Assembly (NCBI GenBank): GCA_045593785.1
Contig: JAZNXH010000185.1
Coordinates: forward strand, 16,225-80,224
Source of the DNA: Lachnospiraceae bacterium
Lineage (GTDB): Bacteria > Bacillota > Clostridia > Lachnospirales > Lachnospiraceae
Length of the DNA stretch: 64,000 nucleotides
Reading direction: 5' to 3'
Both the position numbers and the translations under genes were made by a program. Position 1 is the first letter of the stretch. Every line of letters starts with the position of its first letter. The notes under the pieces are model-generated. The model did not search any database and was not told the DNA's origin. It saw only the letters and a program-made list of their open reading frames with translations. Below are positions 41,246 through 50,869 of the stretch, in pieces.

Positions 41246-42034
41246 ATGGGAAATATATTGTCAGTAAAATTAGATGCATTTGAAGGACCTCTGGATTTAC
41301 TTCTGCATTTGATTGAGAAAAATAAAGTTAATATATATGATATACCGATTGTAATGATAACAGACCAGTATTTGGATTATATCCGTCAGATGCAGGAAAA
41401 AGACCTGGATATCATGAGTGAGTTCATGGTAATGGCTGCCACATTGATCAATATTAAATCCAAGATGCTTTTACCGCCTGAGGTAACAGAGGATGATGAG
41501 GAAATTGATCCGCGTCAGGAATTAGTTGAACGCTTATTGGAATATAAGATGTACAAATATATTTCATATGAGTTGAAGGACAAGCAATTGGATGCTTCCA
41601 AGCATTTATTTAAGGCAAGTTCAATTCCTGACGAAATTGCTAATATTAAGGATGTTGTTGATGTTGGTGAATTGCTTTCTGATCTGACACTGAATAAGTT
41701 ACATACAATTTTTGAATCTGTAATAAAAAAACAGGCAGATAAAATTGATCCGATCCGTAGCAAGTTCGGAAGGATTGAGCGCGAAGAGATAAATCTTTCG
41801 GCTAAAATTATGGAAATCCAGTATTTTGGTTTATCTAAAAAGAAATTCAGTTTCCGTAAACTTTTAGAAAAACAAGCTGATAAAATGGATGTCATTGTTA
41901 CTTTTTTGGGAATTTTGGAACTGATTAAGATGGGAACAATATTTGTCACCCAAAATGAATTATTTGATGATATTGAGATTGAGTATCTTGCGGATACTGT
42001 TGTACCTGTAGAACAATTTTCAGTCGAGTCATAA
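41246..42034 (+). CDS. scpA: Segregation and condensation protein A
   Basis: FEGPLDLLLHLIEKNKVNIYDIPI N-terminus typical of ScpA. Confidence 0.93.
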   Translation: MGNILSVKLDAFEGPLDLLLHLIEKNKVNIYDIPIVMITDQYLDYIRQMQEKDLDIMSEFMVMAATLINIKSKMLLPPEVTEDDEEIDPRQELVERLLEYKMYKYISYELKDKQLDASKHLFKASSIPDEIANIKDVVDVGELLSDLTLNKLHTIFESVIKKQADKIDPIRSKFGRIEREEINLSAKIMEIQYFGLSKKKFSFRKLLEKQADKMDVIVTFLGILELIKMGTIFVTQNELFDDIEIEYLADTVVPVEQFSVES

Positions 42035-42045
42035 AGGATATGAGT

Positions 42046-42633
42046 ATGGAAACAACGAATGCAGAATTAAATCAATTAGAAGCTGTCGTAGAGGCAATTT
42101 TATTCACAATGGGTGAGGCGGTTGAAGTAGAACGGATTGCCATTGCCGTAGAGCATGATGAAGACACCGTGCGTCGCGTAATACGTAGTATGATGGATCG
42201 TTACAATGAAGAAGATCATGGAATTCAAATTATTGAATTAGATGGTTCATTTCAGATGTGTACCAAAGCATCTATGTATGAAACACTAATTAAGCTTACG
42301 CATGTACCGAAGAAACATGTGTTGACTGATGTTTTATTGGAAACATTATCTATTATTGCATATAAACAACCAGTGACAAGAGCGCAGGTAGAAGCCATTC
42401 GCGGTGTAAACTGTGACCACTCAATCAATAAACTATTAGAGTATAATTTGATTTGTGAATTGGGACGTAAAATGGATGTACCGGGACGCCCAATCCTTTT
42501 CGGTACAACAGAAGAATTCCTTCGAAATTTCGGCATCAAATCTTTAGATGAATTGCCGGCAATCAATCCTGAAAAATTAGAAGATTTTAAGTTGGAAGCA
42601 GAAGAAGAGTTACAATTAAAATTAGACATCTGA
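42046..42633 (+). CDS. scpB: Segregation and condensation protein B
   Basis: LEAVVEAILFTMGEAV and IAYKQPVTRAQVEAIRGV motifs. ATG at 42046 has better RBS spacing than ATG at 42040. Confidence 0.93.
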   Translation: METTNAELNQLEAVVEAILFTMGEAVEVERIAIAVEHDEDTVRRVIRSMMDRYNEEDHGIQIIELDGSFQMCTKASMYETLIKLTHVPKKHVLTDVLLETLSIIAYKQPVTRAQVEAIRGVNCDHSINKLLEYNLICELGRKMDVPGRPILFGTTEEFLRNFGIKSLDELPAINPEKLEDFKLEAEEELQLKLDI

Positions 42634-42637
42634 TATG

Positions 42638-42668
42638 ATGAGCTGCCGTGTGCAGCTCATTTTTATTT
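42638..42668 (+). terminator. Rho-independent terminator after scpB
   Basis: atgagctgc / gcagctcat stem with a 5-nt loop, followed by ttttattt. Confidence 0.75.
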
Positions 42669-42725
42669 GTAATATTTTATATGAAAAAGAATAAAGATTA
42701 GTAATGAAACATAAATGAGTATAGA

Positions 42726-44087
42726 ATGAAAGAAAAATTAGTAATTTCACTATTATGCGATATTGTTCTTGTATTTGTTTTTTTTAATTGTGATACAGGG
42801 GTTTCCGGCAGGCAGACGGCTATACCGACAGTCGATAATATTGGAGAAGCAAGATTTGTATTAACACAAACAGAAGATAATATGTATCAATGGTCCGAAG
42901 TGACGAATGAGAATTCAGCATCTCAATCGAATGCTTCTTTACCATTATATTCGTTATCTGCATGCATGATTGAAGCTGACACCGGACGTATATTGTTTGG
43001 GAAGGATGAAATTCAGGAACGTGCAATGGCAAGTACAACTAAGATACTGACTTGTCTGATAGCGCTGGAGAATTGCTCATTGGATGAGATTGTGACAGTA
43101 TCAGAATATGCAGCATCAATGCCGGATGTCCAATTGAATGCAAAAGCCGGAGAACAATTTCGTCTATATGATTTGCTGTTATCATTAATGCTGGAAAGTC
43201 ATAACGACACAGCAGTAGCAATTGCTGAGCATGTTGGTGGTACAGTAGATGAATTCTGTAGGATTATGACAGATCGAGCGAATGAGCTTGGGTGCAATCA
43301 TTCTACATTCTTAACACCAAATGGTTTGGATAAAGAAAGAACCACAGAAAACGGGACAGAAAAACACGCTACAACAGCATATGAACTGGCAGTAATTATG
43401 CGTGAGTGTATTAAAAACGAACAATTTGTTTCCATCTGCAGAACACAAAATGCAATGATATCTAATGTCAAACATACTGCAAATTATCAGCTGACGAACC
43501 ATAATGCATTATTGAATATGATGGAAGGCGTAATTGCAGGAAAAACCGGTTTTACTTGTGATGCCGGATATTGCTATGTCGGAGCTGTTGAACATAATGA
43601 TTCAGTTTTTATCTGTGCGTTACTGGGGTGTGGCTGGCCAAATCATAAGAATTATAAATGGTATGATATGAACGTATTGATGGATTATGCAAAGTCAGAG
43701 TTTTTTTCGGTTGAAATATCGAACGATATTATCAAAAATAAAATACCGTCAATGATTCCGGTGACTGATGGAATAAAAAATATGGTACCATGTCATACAA
43801 TCAATATCGGAATAGAAAACGCTGAATCCGAACGATTACTCATGCGAAGCGGTGAACAAATTGTAGTTACATATAGTGTACCTTCAGCGGTTACCGCCCC
43901 GGTATATCAAGGAGAGAAGATTGGTGAAATCAGTTATATAATAAACGGTCAAACTATCAAATGTGAAAGTTTGACCGCATTAGAAACAATAGAAAAACAA
44001 ACATGGAAGCATTATTTTATGTTATTGCTTCAAGACTATATATTGTCTGTTTCGTCTGTGAAGTCCTCAGAAAAGTGTGCATCATAA
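42726..44087 (+). CDS. D-alanyl-D-alanine carboxypeptidase (DacB-like, sporulation-type)
   Basis: SxxK (ASTTKIL), SxN (SHND) and KTG (KTGFT). It lies downstream of scpAB, as dacB does in Bacillus. Confidence 0.9.
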   Translation: MKEKLVISLLCDIVLVFVFFNCDTGVSGRQTAIPTVDNIGEARFVLTQTEDNMYQWSEVTNENSASQSNASLPLYSLSACMIEADTGRILFGKDEIQERAMASTTKILTCLIALENCSLDEIVTVSEYAASMPDVQLNAKAGEQFRLYDLLLSLMLESHNDTAVAIAEHVGGTVDEFCRIMTDRANELGCNHSTFLTPNGLDKERTTENGTEKHATTAYELAVIMRECIKNEQFVSICRTQNAMISNVKHTANYQLTNHNALLNMMEGVIAGKTGFTCDAGYCYVGAVEHNDSVFICALLGCGWPNHKNYKWYDMNVLMDYAKSEFFSVEISNDIIKNKIPSMIPVTDGIKNMVPCHTINIGIENAESERLLMRSGEQIVVTYSVPSAVTAPVYQGEKIGEISYIINGQTIKCESLTALETIEKQTWKHYFMLLLQDYILSVSSVKSSEKCAS

Positions 44088-44992
44088 AATGTATCAACGA
44101 TATAATCAAGATATGCTTCATTCATCTCACCGAATTGATCACTAATCCGTTTTTTCATTACCTGATTCAACATGAGATACAACTGTTCCTCCGGAATTCC
44201 GGGAGCATTAACACGAATTTTACTAAACAAATCACGGACTGTTTCTTCTGTGAAAACGGATTCCATCCATTCATTCAGATTAGCAGTTAATTTTTCTTCT
44301 TCCGCCACCTGACTTTTTACTGTCTGATAAGATTTGTATGTTGTATATAGTACAACAGGAATTCCGACGCAGAAAATAGCAATTGCGATAATAATCATAA
44401 TCTGATTCATCAAATTAATGATTCCCAACAGCTCAAGTGCAAGAAAAACAATACCTGCGACACCAAACACAGAGAAAACTACAAGTGTAGAAAATAAATC
44501 GCTGCGTTTTTCAGCCATACTTACATAGGGACCAACTGCTTTTTCACAAGCACATTGATCTGTGTCATCAGATTCACGTGATTCTACCTCTGTATCGTTG
44601 TCAGTTTCATCGATTGAGTCAGTTTCATCCGAAGTGATTTCACTTGCACCGTGATAACCGTCCTGATTACGTGAGAGTGCATTGGATGTTTCAACCGAAT
44701 AAAATGCTGAAAAATGTTTTTTTGCTTTAGCAACATCTTTCTTTAAGACAGATATGATATAATTTCCTGTTTTTTTATCGTATCTGACTTTTGCATTAAT
44801 CTTAGAATACTGCAGATACTCTGTAAATTTCTGAGCAAGTTTTCCTTCACTGAAATTAATTAAATCCTGATAATCTGCCTGATTTGCATCTTCGAGAGAA
44901 GCAACAAGTTCAACCTTACACTCAGGACAAGTGACGATTCCCTCTTTATATTCTTCTTTACATACCGGACACCAAGGCATGTCTTCCTCCAA
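44036..44992 (-). CDS. Hypothetical zinc-ribbon membrane protein
   Basis: N-terminal CPVC...CPEC ribbon, an acidic linker, and two TM helices. Its 3' end overlaps the convergent dacB-like gene by 52 nt. Confidence 0.65.
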   Translation of the reverse strand: MEEDMPWCPVCKEEYKEGIVTCPECKVELVASLEDANQADYQDLINFSEGKLAQKFTEYLQYSKINAKVRYDKKTGNYIISVLKKDVAKAKKHFSAFYSVETSNALSRNQDGYHGASEITSDETDSIDETDNDTEVESRESDDTDQCACEKAVGPYVSMAEKRSDLFSTLVVFSVFGVAGIVFLALELLGIINLMNQIMIIIAIAIFCVGIPVVLYTTYKSYQTVKSQVAEEEKLTANLNEWMESVFTEETVRDLFSKIRVNAPGIPEEQLYLMLNQVMKKRISDQFGEMNEAYLDYIVDTFYDAHFSEDFTDETDNI

Positions 44993-45076
44993 TCCGCATT
45001 TACATGCTATATATAGTTCTTAATAATTATATATGATGGTGAATCAATTTACAATAAAATAATCTACCCTTTGTCA

Positions 45077-45105
45077 TTTACTTTTACGTGATTTTTATAT
45101 ATAAT
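45077..45105 (+). promoter_or_regulatory. Putative promoter for ORF 45170
   Basis: TTTACT (45077-45082), 17-nt spacer, TATAAT (45100-45105), in an AT-rich divergent intergenic region. Confidence 0.4.
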
Positions 45106-45169
45106 GTTTCATAGGATTTTATAGAAATATGTTAGATAAAAATATTATAAATGTTTTGGGGAATAGAAC

Positions 45170-46129
45170 ATGAAACTTTGGAAACAACACACGCATCGGG
45201 GAAGAAAATTTTATCGTATGAATCATGGTAAGATGTCAAAAGACTCATTTTTTCTGACTTATTATCGTATTCTTCACACAGCATATCTGAAACAGCAGGA
45301 GTATTGTATTCCTGTTATTAAAGATATGTTTCAGGAAGCACTCGGTCATGAACCGAATGCTTGGTCTCTCTACTATATGATGGATACTGAATCCTGCTTT
45401 TCAGATGATTCAGTAATTCACAATATTCATCATAACAGTAGATTTACTAATATGGATATGCTTCAGACATTGTTGGTAGAGATTGGATTTGATGTTTATT
45501 TGCTACAGTGTTTTGAAAAGAATAAAAAACTGTCAAGAAAGTCCTTCTACAGATGGTTGCCAATGAAGAATAGTCATAAGCTTAAGAAGTTGGTAAAACG
45601 ATTCTGGAAAGAACGTTTACCAAAAGAAAAACTGTTTCAGCAATTGTTTTTACAGTTACAACCCTTTGCGTTTGAAATCAGAACAGTTTATAAAAAGCTG
45701 TTAATTGAAAATGATGTATTGTTTACCATGACTCCGCAAAGAGCAGTGGTATTAACTGAGATAGAGTCGTTGTTGAAGCTTGATGATGAACAACCGGAAA
45801 ACATTTCAGAACCGACAGCCTCCGAGTCAACATCGGTAACATTATGTGATGATGTGCCGGATGCAAAACCGCTTCCGATGCCGGAACCTGTACCAATACC
45901 AATTGTTGAGAAAATTGTTACAACACCGGTAATTGAGCCAATCCGACCGAGTGAACACTGTAAAAAAACAATTAAAGTGTCACGTTCTTCAACCATACCG
46001 GATTGTCGTGGCTTTTCCGAAAAGAAAACAATGTCAAAAAATAAAGCTGTTACTTGTGCTGTTTGTTTTGCAGCTGCGGGAGCACTATTACTTCCATTGG
46101 TTGCATATTCTGTCATTAAGCATAAGTAA
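45170..46129 (+). CDS. Hypothetical tail-anchored protein
   Basis: GGGGA RBS. No recognised motif. A Pro-rich segment (PLPMPEPVPIPIV) precedes a single C-terminal TM helix. Confidence 0.55.
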   Translation: MKLWKQHTHRGRKFYRMNHGKMSKDSFFLTYYRILHTAYLKQQEYCIPVIKDMFQEALGHEPNAWSLYYMMDTESCFSDDSVIHNIHHNSRFTNMDMLQTLLVEIGFDVYLLQCFEKNKKLSRKSFYRWLPMKNSHKLKKLVKRFWKERLPKEKLFQQLFLQLQPFAFEIRTVYKKLLIENDVLFTMTPQRAVVLTEIESLLKLDDEQPENISEPTASESTSVTLCDDVPDAKPLPMPEPVPIPIVEKIVTTPVIEPIRPSEHCKKTIKVSRSSTIPDCRGFSEKKTMSKNKAVTCAVCFAAAGALLLPLVAYSVIKHK

Positions 46130-46147
46130 TAATATAAGGAAATTATC

Positions 46148-48031
46148 ATGAAGAATATGGTGAATGATGAAATATTGATGATGGTTGATAAACCGGCCAG
46201 ATATATTGGAAAAGAAGTGAATTCCATTGTAAAAGCAAAAGAAAATGTTGATATTCGTTTTTGCATGTGCTTCCCGGATGTATATGAAGTTGGAATGTCA
46301 CATCTTGGAATTCAGATATTATACGACATGTTTAATCGGAGAGAAGATACCTGGTGTGAGAGGGTATATTCTCCATGGCCGGATATGGACAAGCTGATGC
46401 GTGAGAAGCAAATCCCGTTATTTGCATTAGAGTCACAGGATCCTGTAAAAGAATTTGATTTTCTTGGTATTACACTGCAGTACGAAATGTGCTATACCAA
46501 TATTCTGCAGATTCTTGATCTTGCAGGGATACCACTCCATAGTACAGATCGTGATGCATTTTGTCCAATTATAATCGGTGGTGGTCCTTGTGCCTATAAT
46601 CCGGAACCGATTGCAGACTTTTTTGATCTGTTTTACATTGGGGAAGGTGAAACCGTTTATAACCAGTTGTTAGATATTTATAAAGAAAATAAATCAAATG
46701 GCGGATCCAGGGAGCGTTTTCTGGAGCTTGCTGCTGGTGTGGAAGGTATTTATGTTCCTTCCTTTTATGATGTCAATTACAATGATGACGGAACGATTTC
46801 TTCGTTTGTTCCAAACCGTAATTGCGCTCCTGCTACGATAAAAAAACAGACCGAGTACGACCTGGATCACACTTATTATCCTGAAAAGCCGCTAATTCCG
46901 TATATTCGTGCGGTACAGGATCGAGTTGTTCTTGAGATACAGCGTGGTTGTATCCGCGGATGTCGTTTTTGTCAGGCCGGTATGATTTATCGTCCGCTCA
47001 GAGAGCGCAGTATTGATTATCTAAAAGAACTTGCTAAAAAGATGATTACTTCCAGCGGCTATGATGAGATATCGTTAAGTTCTCTTAGTTCCAGTGATTA
47101 TTCCTGCCTTCATGAGCTTGTATATTTTCTGATTGAGGAATTTGGCTCAAAGGGAGTAAATATTTCGTTGCCGTCCCTTCGCATTGATGCATTTGCGCTC
47201 GATGTTATGAGTAAAGTACAAGATATCCGAAAGAGTAGTCTTACTTTCGCACCGGAAGCAGGTACACAACGTCTTCGTGATGCGATAAATAAAGGCCTTT
47301 CTGAAGAAAGCATTCTGAAAGGCGCTACTGATGCATTTATGCTTGGTTGGAATAAGGTAAAACTGTATTTTATGATGGGACTTCCTACCGAGACGGAAGA
47401 AGATGTTAAAGGGATTGCAGAATTATCTGACCGAATTGCACGAACCTATTATGATACAGTTCCCAAAGAGAAACGGAGTGGTAAGGCAGAAATCACTACA
47501 AGTACGTCATTCTTTGTACCGAAGCCGTTTACACCGTTTCAATGGAGCCCGATGGCTTCAAAAGAGGAATTTCTCGAGAAACAGAATTTGCTTCATACAA
47601 CGATAAAACAACAGCTGAATGCCAAGAGTATCCGCTACAATTGGCATGATCCGGAGATGACAGTGATTGAAGGACTTTTGGCACGTGGTGACCGTAAGTT
47701 ATGTGCTGTTGTTGAAGAAGTGTACCAAAAGGGAAAAACAATTTTCGAAGCTTGGTCTGAGTATTTCCATTATGACAATTGGGAATGTGCGATGAAAACC
47801 TGCGGATTGTCTATGAGATTTTATACACTTCGCGAACGTGGTAAAGATGAGATTCTTCCTTGGGATTATATTGATATTGGTGTCACGAAAAAATTCCTGC
47901 GTAATGAGTATGAAAAAGGTCTACAGTCCATTGTGACACCGAACTGTAGACAAGCATGTGCCGGCTGTGGTGCCGCAGATTTGTCAAAAGGTAAATGCCC
48001 GGCCCGCATATTACAGGAAGGAAACGACTGA
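46148..48031 (+). CDS. Radical SAM protein (TIGR03960-like, B12-binding-like N-terminal domain), function unknown
   Basis: CX3CX2C motif CIRGCRFCQAG; 627 aa; AAGGA RBS. Confidence 0.9.
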   Translation: MKNMVNDEILMMVDKPARYIGKEVNSIVKAKENVDIRFCMCFPDVYEVGMSHLGIQILYDMFNRREDTWCERVYSPWPDMDKLMREKQIPLFALESQDPVKEFDFLGITLQYEMCYTNILQILDLAGIPLHSTDRDAFCPIIIGGGPCAYNPEPIADFFDLFYIGEGETVYNQLLDIYKENKSNGGSRERFLELAAGVEGIYVPSFYDVNYNDDGTISSFVPNRNCAPATIKKQTEYDLDHTYYPEKPLIPYIRAVQDRVVLEIQRGCIRGCRFCQAGMIYRPLRERSIDYLKELAKKMITSSGYDEISLSSLSSSDYSCLHELVYFLIEEFGSKGVNISLPSLRIDAFALDVMSKVQDIRKSSLTFAPEAGTQRLRDAINKGLSEESILKGATDAFMLGWNKVKLYFMMGLPTETEEDVKGIAELSDRIARTYYDTVPKEKRSGKAEITTSTSFFVPKPFTPFQWSPMASKEEFLEKQNLLHTTIKQQLNAKSIRYNWHDPEMTVIEGLLARGDRKLCAVVEEVYQKGKTIFEAWSEYFHYDNWECAMKTCGLSMRFYTLRERGKDEILPWDYIDIGVTKKFLRNEYEKGLQSIVTPNCRQACAGCGAADLSKGKCPARILQEGND

Positions 48032-48066
48032 TTGGTCGGCTGATATTATTTGAAAGGCAATCAATT

Positions 48067-48855
48067 ATGTTAATCAGAATTAAGTTTTCAAAATTAGGTT
48101 CATTAAAGTTCATCGGTCATTTGGATGTTATGCGATATTTCCAGAAAGTATTAAGTCGTTCCGGACTTCCGATAAAGTATACGCAGGGATTTCATCCACA
48201 TCAGATTATGAGCTTTGCATCCCCGCTTGGAGTCGGACTTACCTCTGACGGTGAGTATATGGATTTTGAACTTGAAGAAGAAAGAAGCGATGAAGAGATT
48301 AATGCTGCACTTCAGACTGCACTTACAGATGGCTTCAAAATATCAAAGGTAACGATATTGAATCCACGAATTATGAATGTAAAAAAAGTTTCTGCAATGG
48401 CATTAGTTGATTCCGCAGATTACTATTTATATCAGAAGAATACTGTAGGTGTCAGAAATGAGGAAACCACTGCGTTTGAAACTGCATTTTCGAAGCTGGT
48501 ATCAGCCACGGAACTTGTTATTACTAAGAAGACCAAGACCAGTGAAAAAGAGATCGACATTAAACCCTATCTATATGATTATGCATTTTCGTTCGATGCG
48601 TTTCTCAGCAATCGAATGTTAGATGCAGCATATAAGAATGCACTCAATTGCAGTATTCCTGATGATGAGGGAATTAAATTGTATCTTCATTTGTCTGCAG
48701 GCAGTGCTATGAATCTGAGGCCGGAAACCATTTTGGAAGAAATCCTTGCCGGATATTCTTCACAATTGACCTTGAACGACTTTGGTATACATCGGCTCGA
48801 AATGTATCACAGTGATGAGAAAGGCGCACGGATTCCGTTATGGGATATAAGATAA
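48067..48855 (+). CDS. DUF2344 / TIGR03936-like protein (radical-SAM-associated)
   Basis: MLIRIKFSKLGSLKFIGHLDVMRYFQKVLSRSGLP N-terminus typical of the family. ATG follows a GAAAGG RBS. Confidence 0.85.
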   Translation: MLIRIKFSKLGSLKFIGHLDVMRYFQKVLSRSGLPIKYTQGFHPHQIMSFASPLGVGLTSDGEYMDFELEEERSDEEINAALQTALTDGFKISKVTILNPRIMNVKKVSAMALVDSADYYLYQKNTVGVRNEETTAFETAFSKLVSATELVITKKTKTSEKEIDIKPYLYDYAFSFDAFLSNRMLDAAYKNALNCSIPDDEGIKLYLHLSAGSAMNLRPETILEEILAGYSSQLTLNDFGIHRLEMYHSDEKGARIPLWDIR

Positions 48856-50051
48856 TCATTACAAAGTATAAAAACAGCATATTAAGTTGTATGACAGACG
48901 GTAAACGAATATTGCAACTTAATCTTGATCCTATGGCCGGACAGCACATCTTTGGTAATGTTTATGTTGGCAAAGTAAAAAACATTGTAAAGAATATAAA
49001 GGCTGCTTTTGTTGAAATCGCTGACGGAACGATGTGTTATTTGTCATTGGATAAATACCAGACACCGGTTTTTATAAAACATGGTAACTCAGATGAAATC
49101 CGTGTGGGTGATGAACTCCTGGTTCAGGTCTCAAGAGATGGTCTCAAGACAAAGGCACCTACAGTAACTACCGGTATCAATCTGACCGGCAGATATCTTG
49201 TTTTGACCGGACAGGATACGACTGCCGCTGTATCAAAGAAAATCGAAGATAATGCGAAACGAAAAAGACTGAAAAAACTGGCAGAGTCAATTTGTACCGA
49301 GCAATATGGTGTGATTTTACGTACAAATGCTGCTGAGACAGAAGAAGATGTTCTTCGAAAAGAAGCAGAAACACTTGCTTGTGTTTATCATGAGATTCTT
49401 CACAAAGGAAGCTATAGTGCCTGTTTTTCTTGTGTTTTTGAAACAATGCCGGCATTCCTCGGTACGGTTCGTGACAGCTATGAGGGCTTAGTAGAGGAGT
49501 TTATTACGGATGATAAAGAACTGTATCAGAGACTGCAAAATTATCTTGCGCAGTATCAGAAAGAAGACCTGAGCAAACTAGTATTTCATGATAACGAAAC
49601 GATTTCTTTGGATGCAAAGTACAATATCAAAGCCGGCATCGACTCCTGTATCAAGGAAAAAGTCTGGTTGAAGAGCGGTGGAAGTATTATTATTCAGCCT
49701 ACGGAAGCATTGACAGTAATTGATGTTAATACAGAAAAAGCAATCAAAGGCAAATGCAGTATTCAGGAATTGTTCTATAAGGTTAATATGGAAGCTGCAG
49801 AAGAAATTGCATATCAGCTTCGGCTTCGGAATATTACCGGAATTATTATGATTGATTTCATCGATATGGATGATATGAATCATCGTAAGAGCTTGATGCA
49901 AGCATTAGAAGAGTTCGTGAAACCGGATCCGGTAAAAACCACAGTAGTTGATATGACTGCATTAAACCTGGTTGAAATGACGCGAAAAAAAACCAGAAAG
50001 CCGGTACTGGAGCAGTTAAAAGACATTGAAAATATGCAAAGTAATGTTTGA
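48840..50051 (+). CDS. rng: Rne/Rng-family ribonuclease (RNase G-like)
   Basis: S1-like N-terminus (GNVYVGKVKNIVKNIKAAFVEI) and the catalytic-core stretch TEALTVIDVNT. The start overlaps the upstream ORF by 16 nt. Confidence 0.9.
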   Translation: MGYKIIITKYKNSILSCMTDGKRILQLNLDPMAGQHIFGNVYVGKVKNIVKNIKAAFVEIADGTMCYLSLDKYQTPVFIKHGNSDEIRVGDELLVQVSRDGLKTKAPTVTTGINLTGRYLVLTGQDTTAAVSKKIEDNAKRKRLKKLAESICTEQYGVILRTNAAETEEDVLRKEAETLACVYHEILHKGSYSACFSCVFETMPAFLGTVRDSYEGLVEEFITDDKELYQRLQNYLAQYQKEDLSKLVFHDNETISLDAKYNIKAGIDSCIKEKVWLKSGGSIIIQPTEALTVIDVNTEKAIKGKCSIQELFYKVNMEAAEEIAYQLRLRNITGIIMIDFIDMDDMNHRKSLMQALEEFVKPDPVKTTVVDMTALNLVEMTRKKTRKPVLEQLKDIENMQSNV

Positions 50052-50076
50052 CAAAGTCTGGAACATATGTTATTAT
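50048..50076 (+). promoter_or_regulatory. Sigma-A-type promoter of the rplU operon
   Basis: TTGACA (50048-50053, containing the rng stop codon), 17-nt spacer, TATTAT (50071-50076), with a TGt extended -10. Confidence 0.6.
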
Positions 50077-50082
50077 GTCCTA

Positions 50083-50204
50083 GTGTGCCGCACAATGAGG
50101 TTCAAGTTCTGTCCATTTATTGGTCAGGCACCGTAGTTGGCGAGTAAATCCGTAACATATATCCATATGAGATATGATGCGAGGATAGAGATAGGAGGAG
50201 CAAT
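50083..50204 (+). promoter_or_regulatory. Candidate rplU 5' leader (L21-leader-like)
   Basis: About 120 nt of untranslated leader between the promoter and the AGGAGG RBS. The structure was not verified. Confidence 0.35.
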
Positions 50205-50513
50205 ATGTACGCTATTATTGCAACAGGCGGCAAGCAGTATAAGGTTGCCGAAGGTGATGTGATCAAAGTTGAGAAGCTTGCAGCTGAAGACGGCGCAACC
50301 GTTACTTTTGATCAGGTACTTGTTGTAAGCAATGACGGCATGAAGATCGGTAATCCGACCGTTGAGGGTGCAACCGTAACCGCAAAGGTAATCGAGACCG
50401 CAAAAGCACGCAAAGTTATTGTTTATAAGTACAAGAGAAAGAGCGGCTACCATAAGAAAAATGGTCACAGACAGTACTTCACCAAAGTACAGATCGAAAA
50501 GATCAACGCTTAA
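50205..50513 (+). CDS. rplU: 50S ribosomal protein L21
   Basis: [15 protein letters not shown]-terminus. Confidence 0.97.
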   Translation: MYAIIATGGKQYKVAEGDVIKVEKLAAEDGATVTFDQVLVVSNDGMKIGNPTVEGATVTAKVIETAKARKVIVYKYKRKSGYHKKNGHRQYFTKVQIEKINA

Positions 50514-50527
50514 TTTAAGGTGCTCCT

Positions 50528-50866
50528 ATGATTAACGTAATTGTTTACAAGGATGAAAAAGGTTTGATTGAAGGTTTTTCCCTAAAAGGACATGCCGGTT
50601 ATGCAAAATATGGCAATGACATCGTTTGTTCTGCTGTATCAATGCTGACAATCAACACCTTGAATTCCATCAACGAATTCACATCTGACACATTTACCTA
50701 TCAAGAGGACGAACAATCAGGTACCATAGAATTTCATATGATTTCATTCGGACAACAGTCACAGTTATTACTGAAGGCTTTGTTGCTTGGATTGGATTCT
50801 GTGCGAAGTGAGTATGGTAAGAAGTATATTGATTTGAAAGAATCGCAGATTAATAAGGAGGTGTAA
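50528..50866 (+). CDS. prp: Ribosomal-processing cysteine protease Prp (YsxB)
   Basis: GHAGYAKYGNDIVCSAVS carries the His/Cys dyad region. It lies between rplU and rpmA. Confidence 0.92.
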   Translation: MINVIVYKDEKGLIEGFSLKGHAGYAKYGNDIVCSAVSMLTINTLNSINEFTSDTFTYQEDEQSGTIEFHMISFGQQSQLLLKALLLGLDSVRSEYGKKYIDLKESQINKEV

Positions 50867-50869
50867 CTC

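Noticed and set aside
45688-46266. 192-aa minus-strand ORF spanning the 45170 ORF 3' end and the radical-SAM start
   Set aside because: It crosses an intergenic RBS and start region of plus-strand genes, has no RBS of its own, and is low-complexity.
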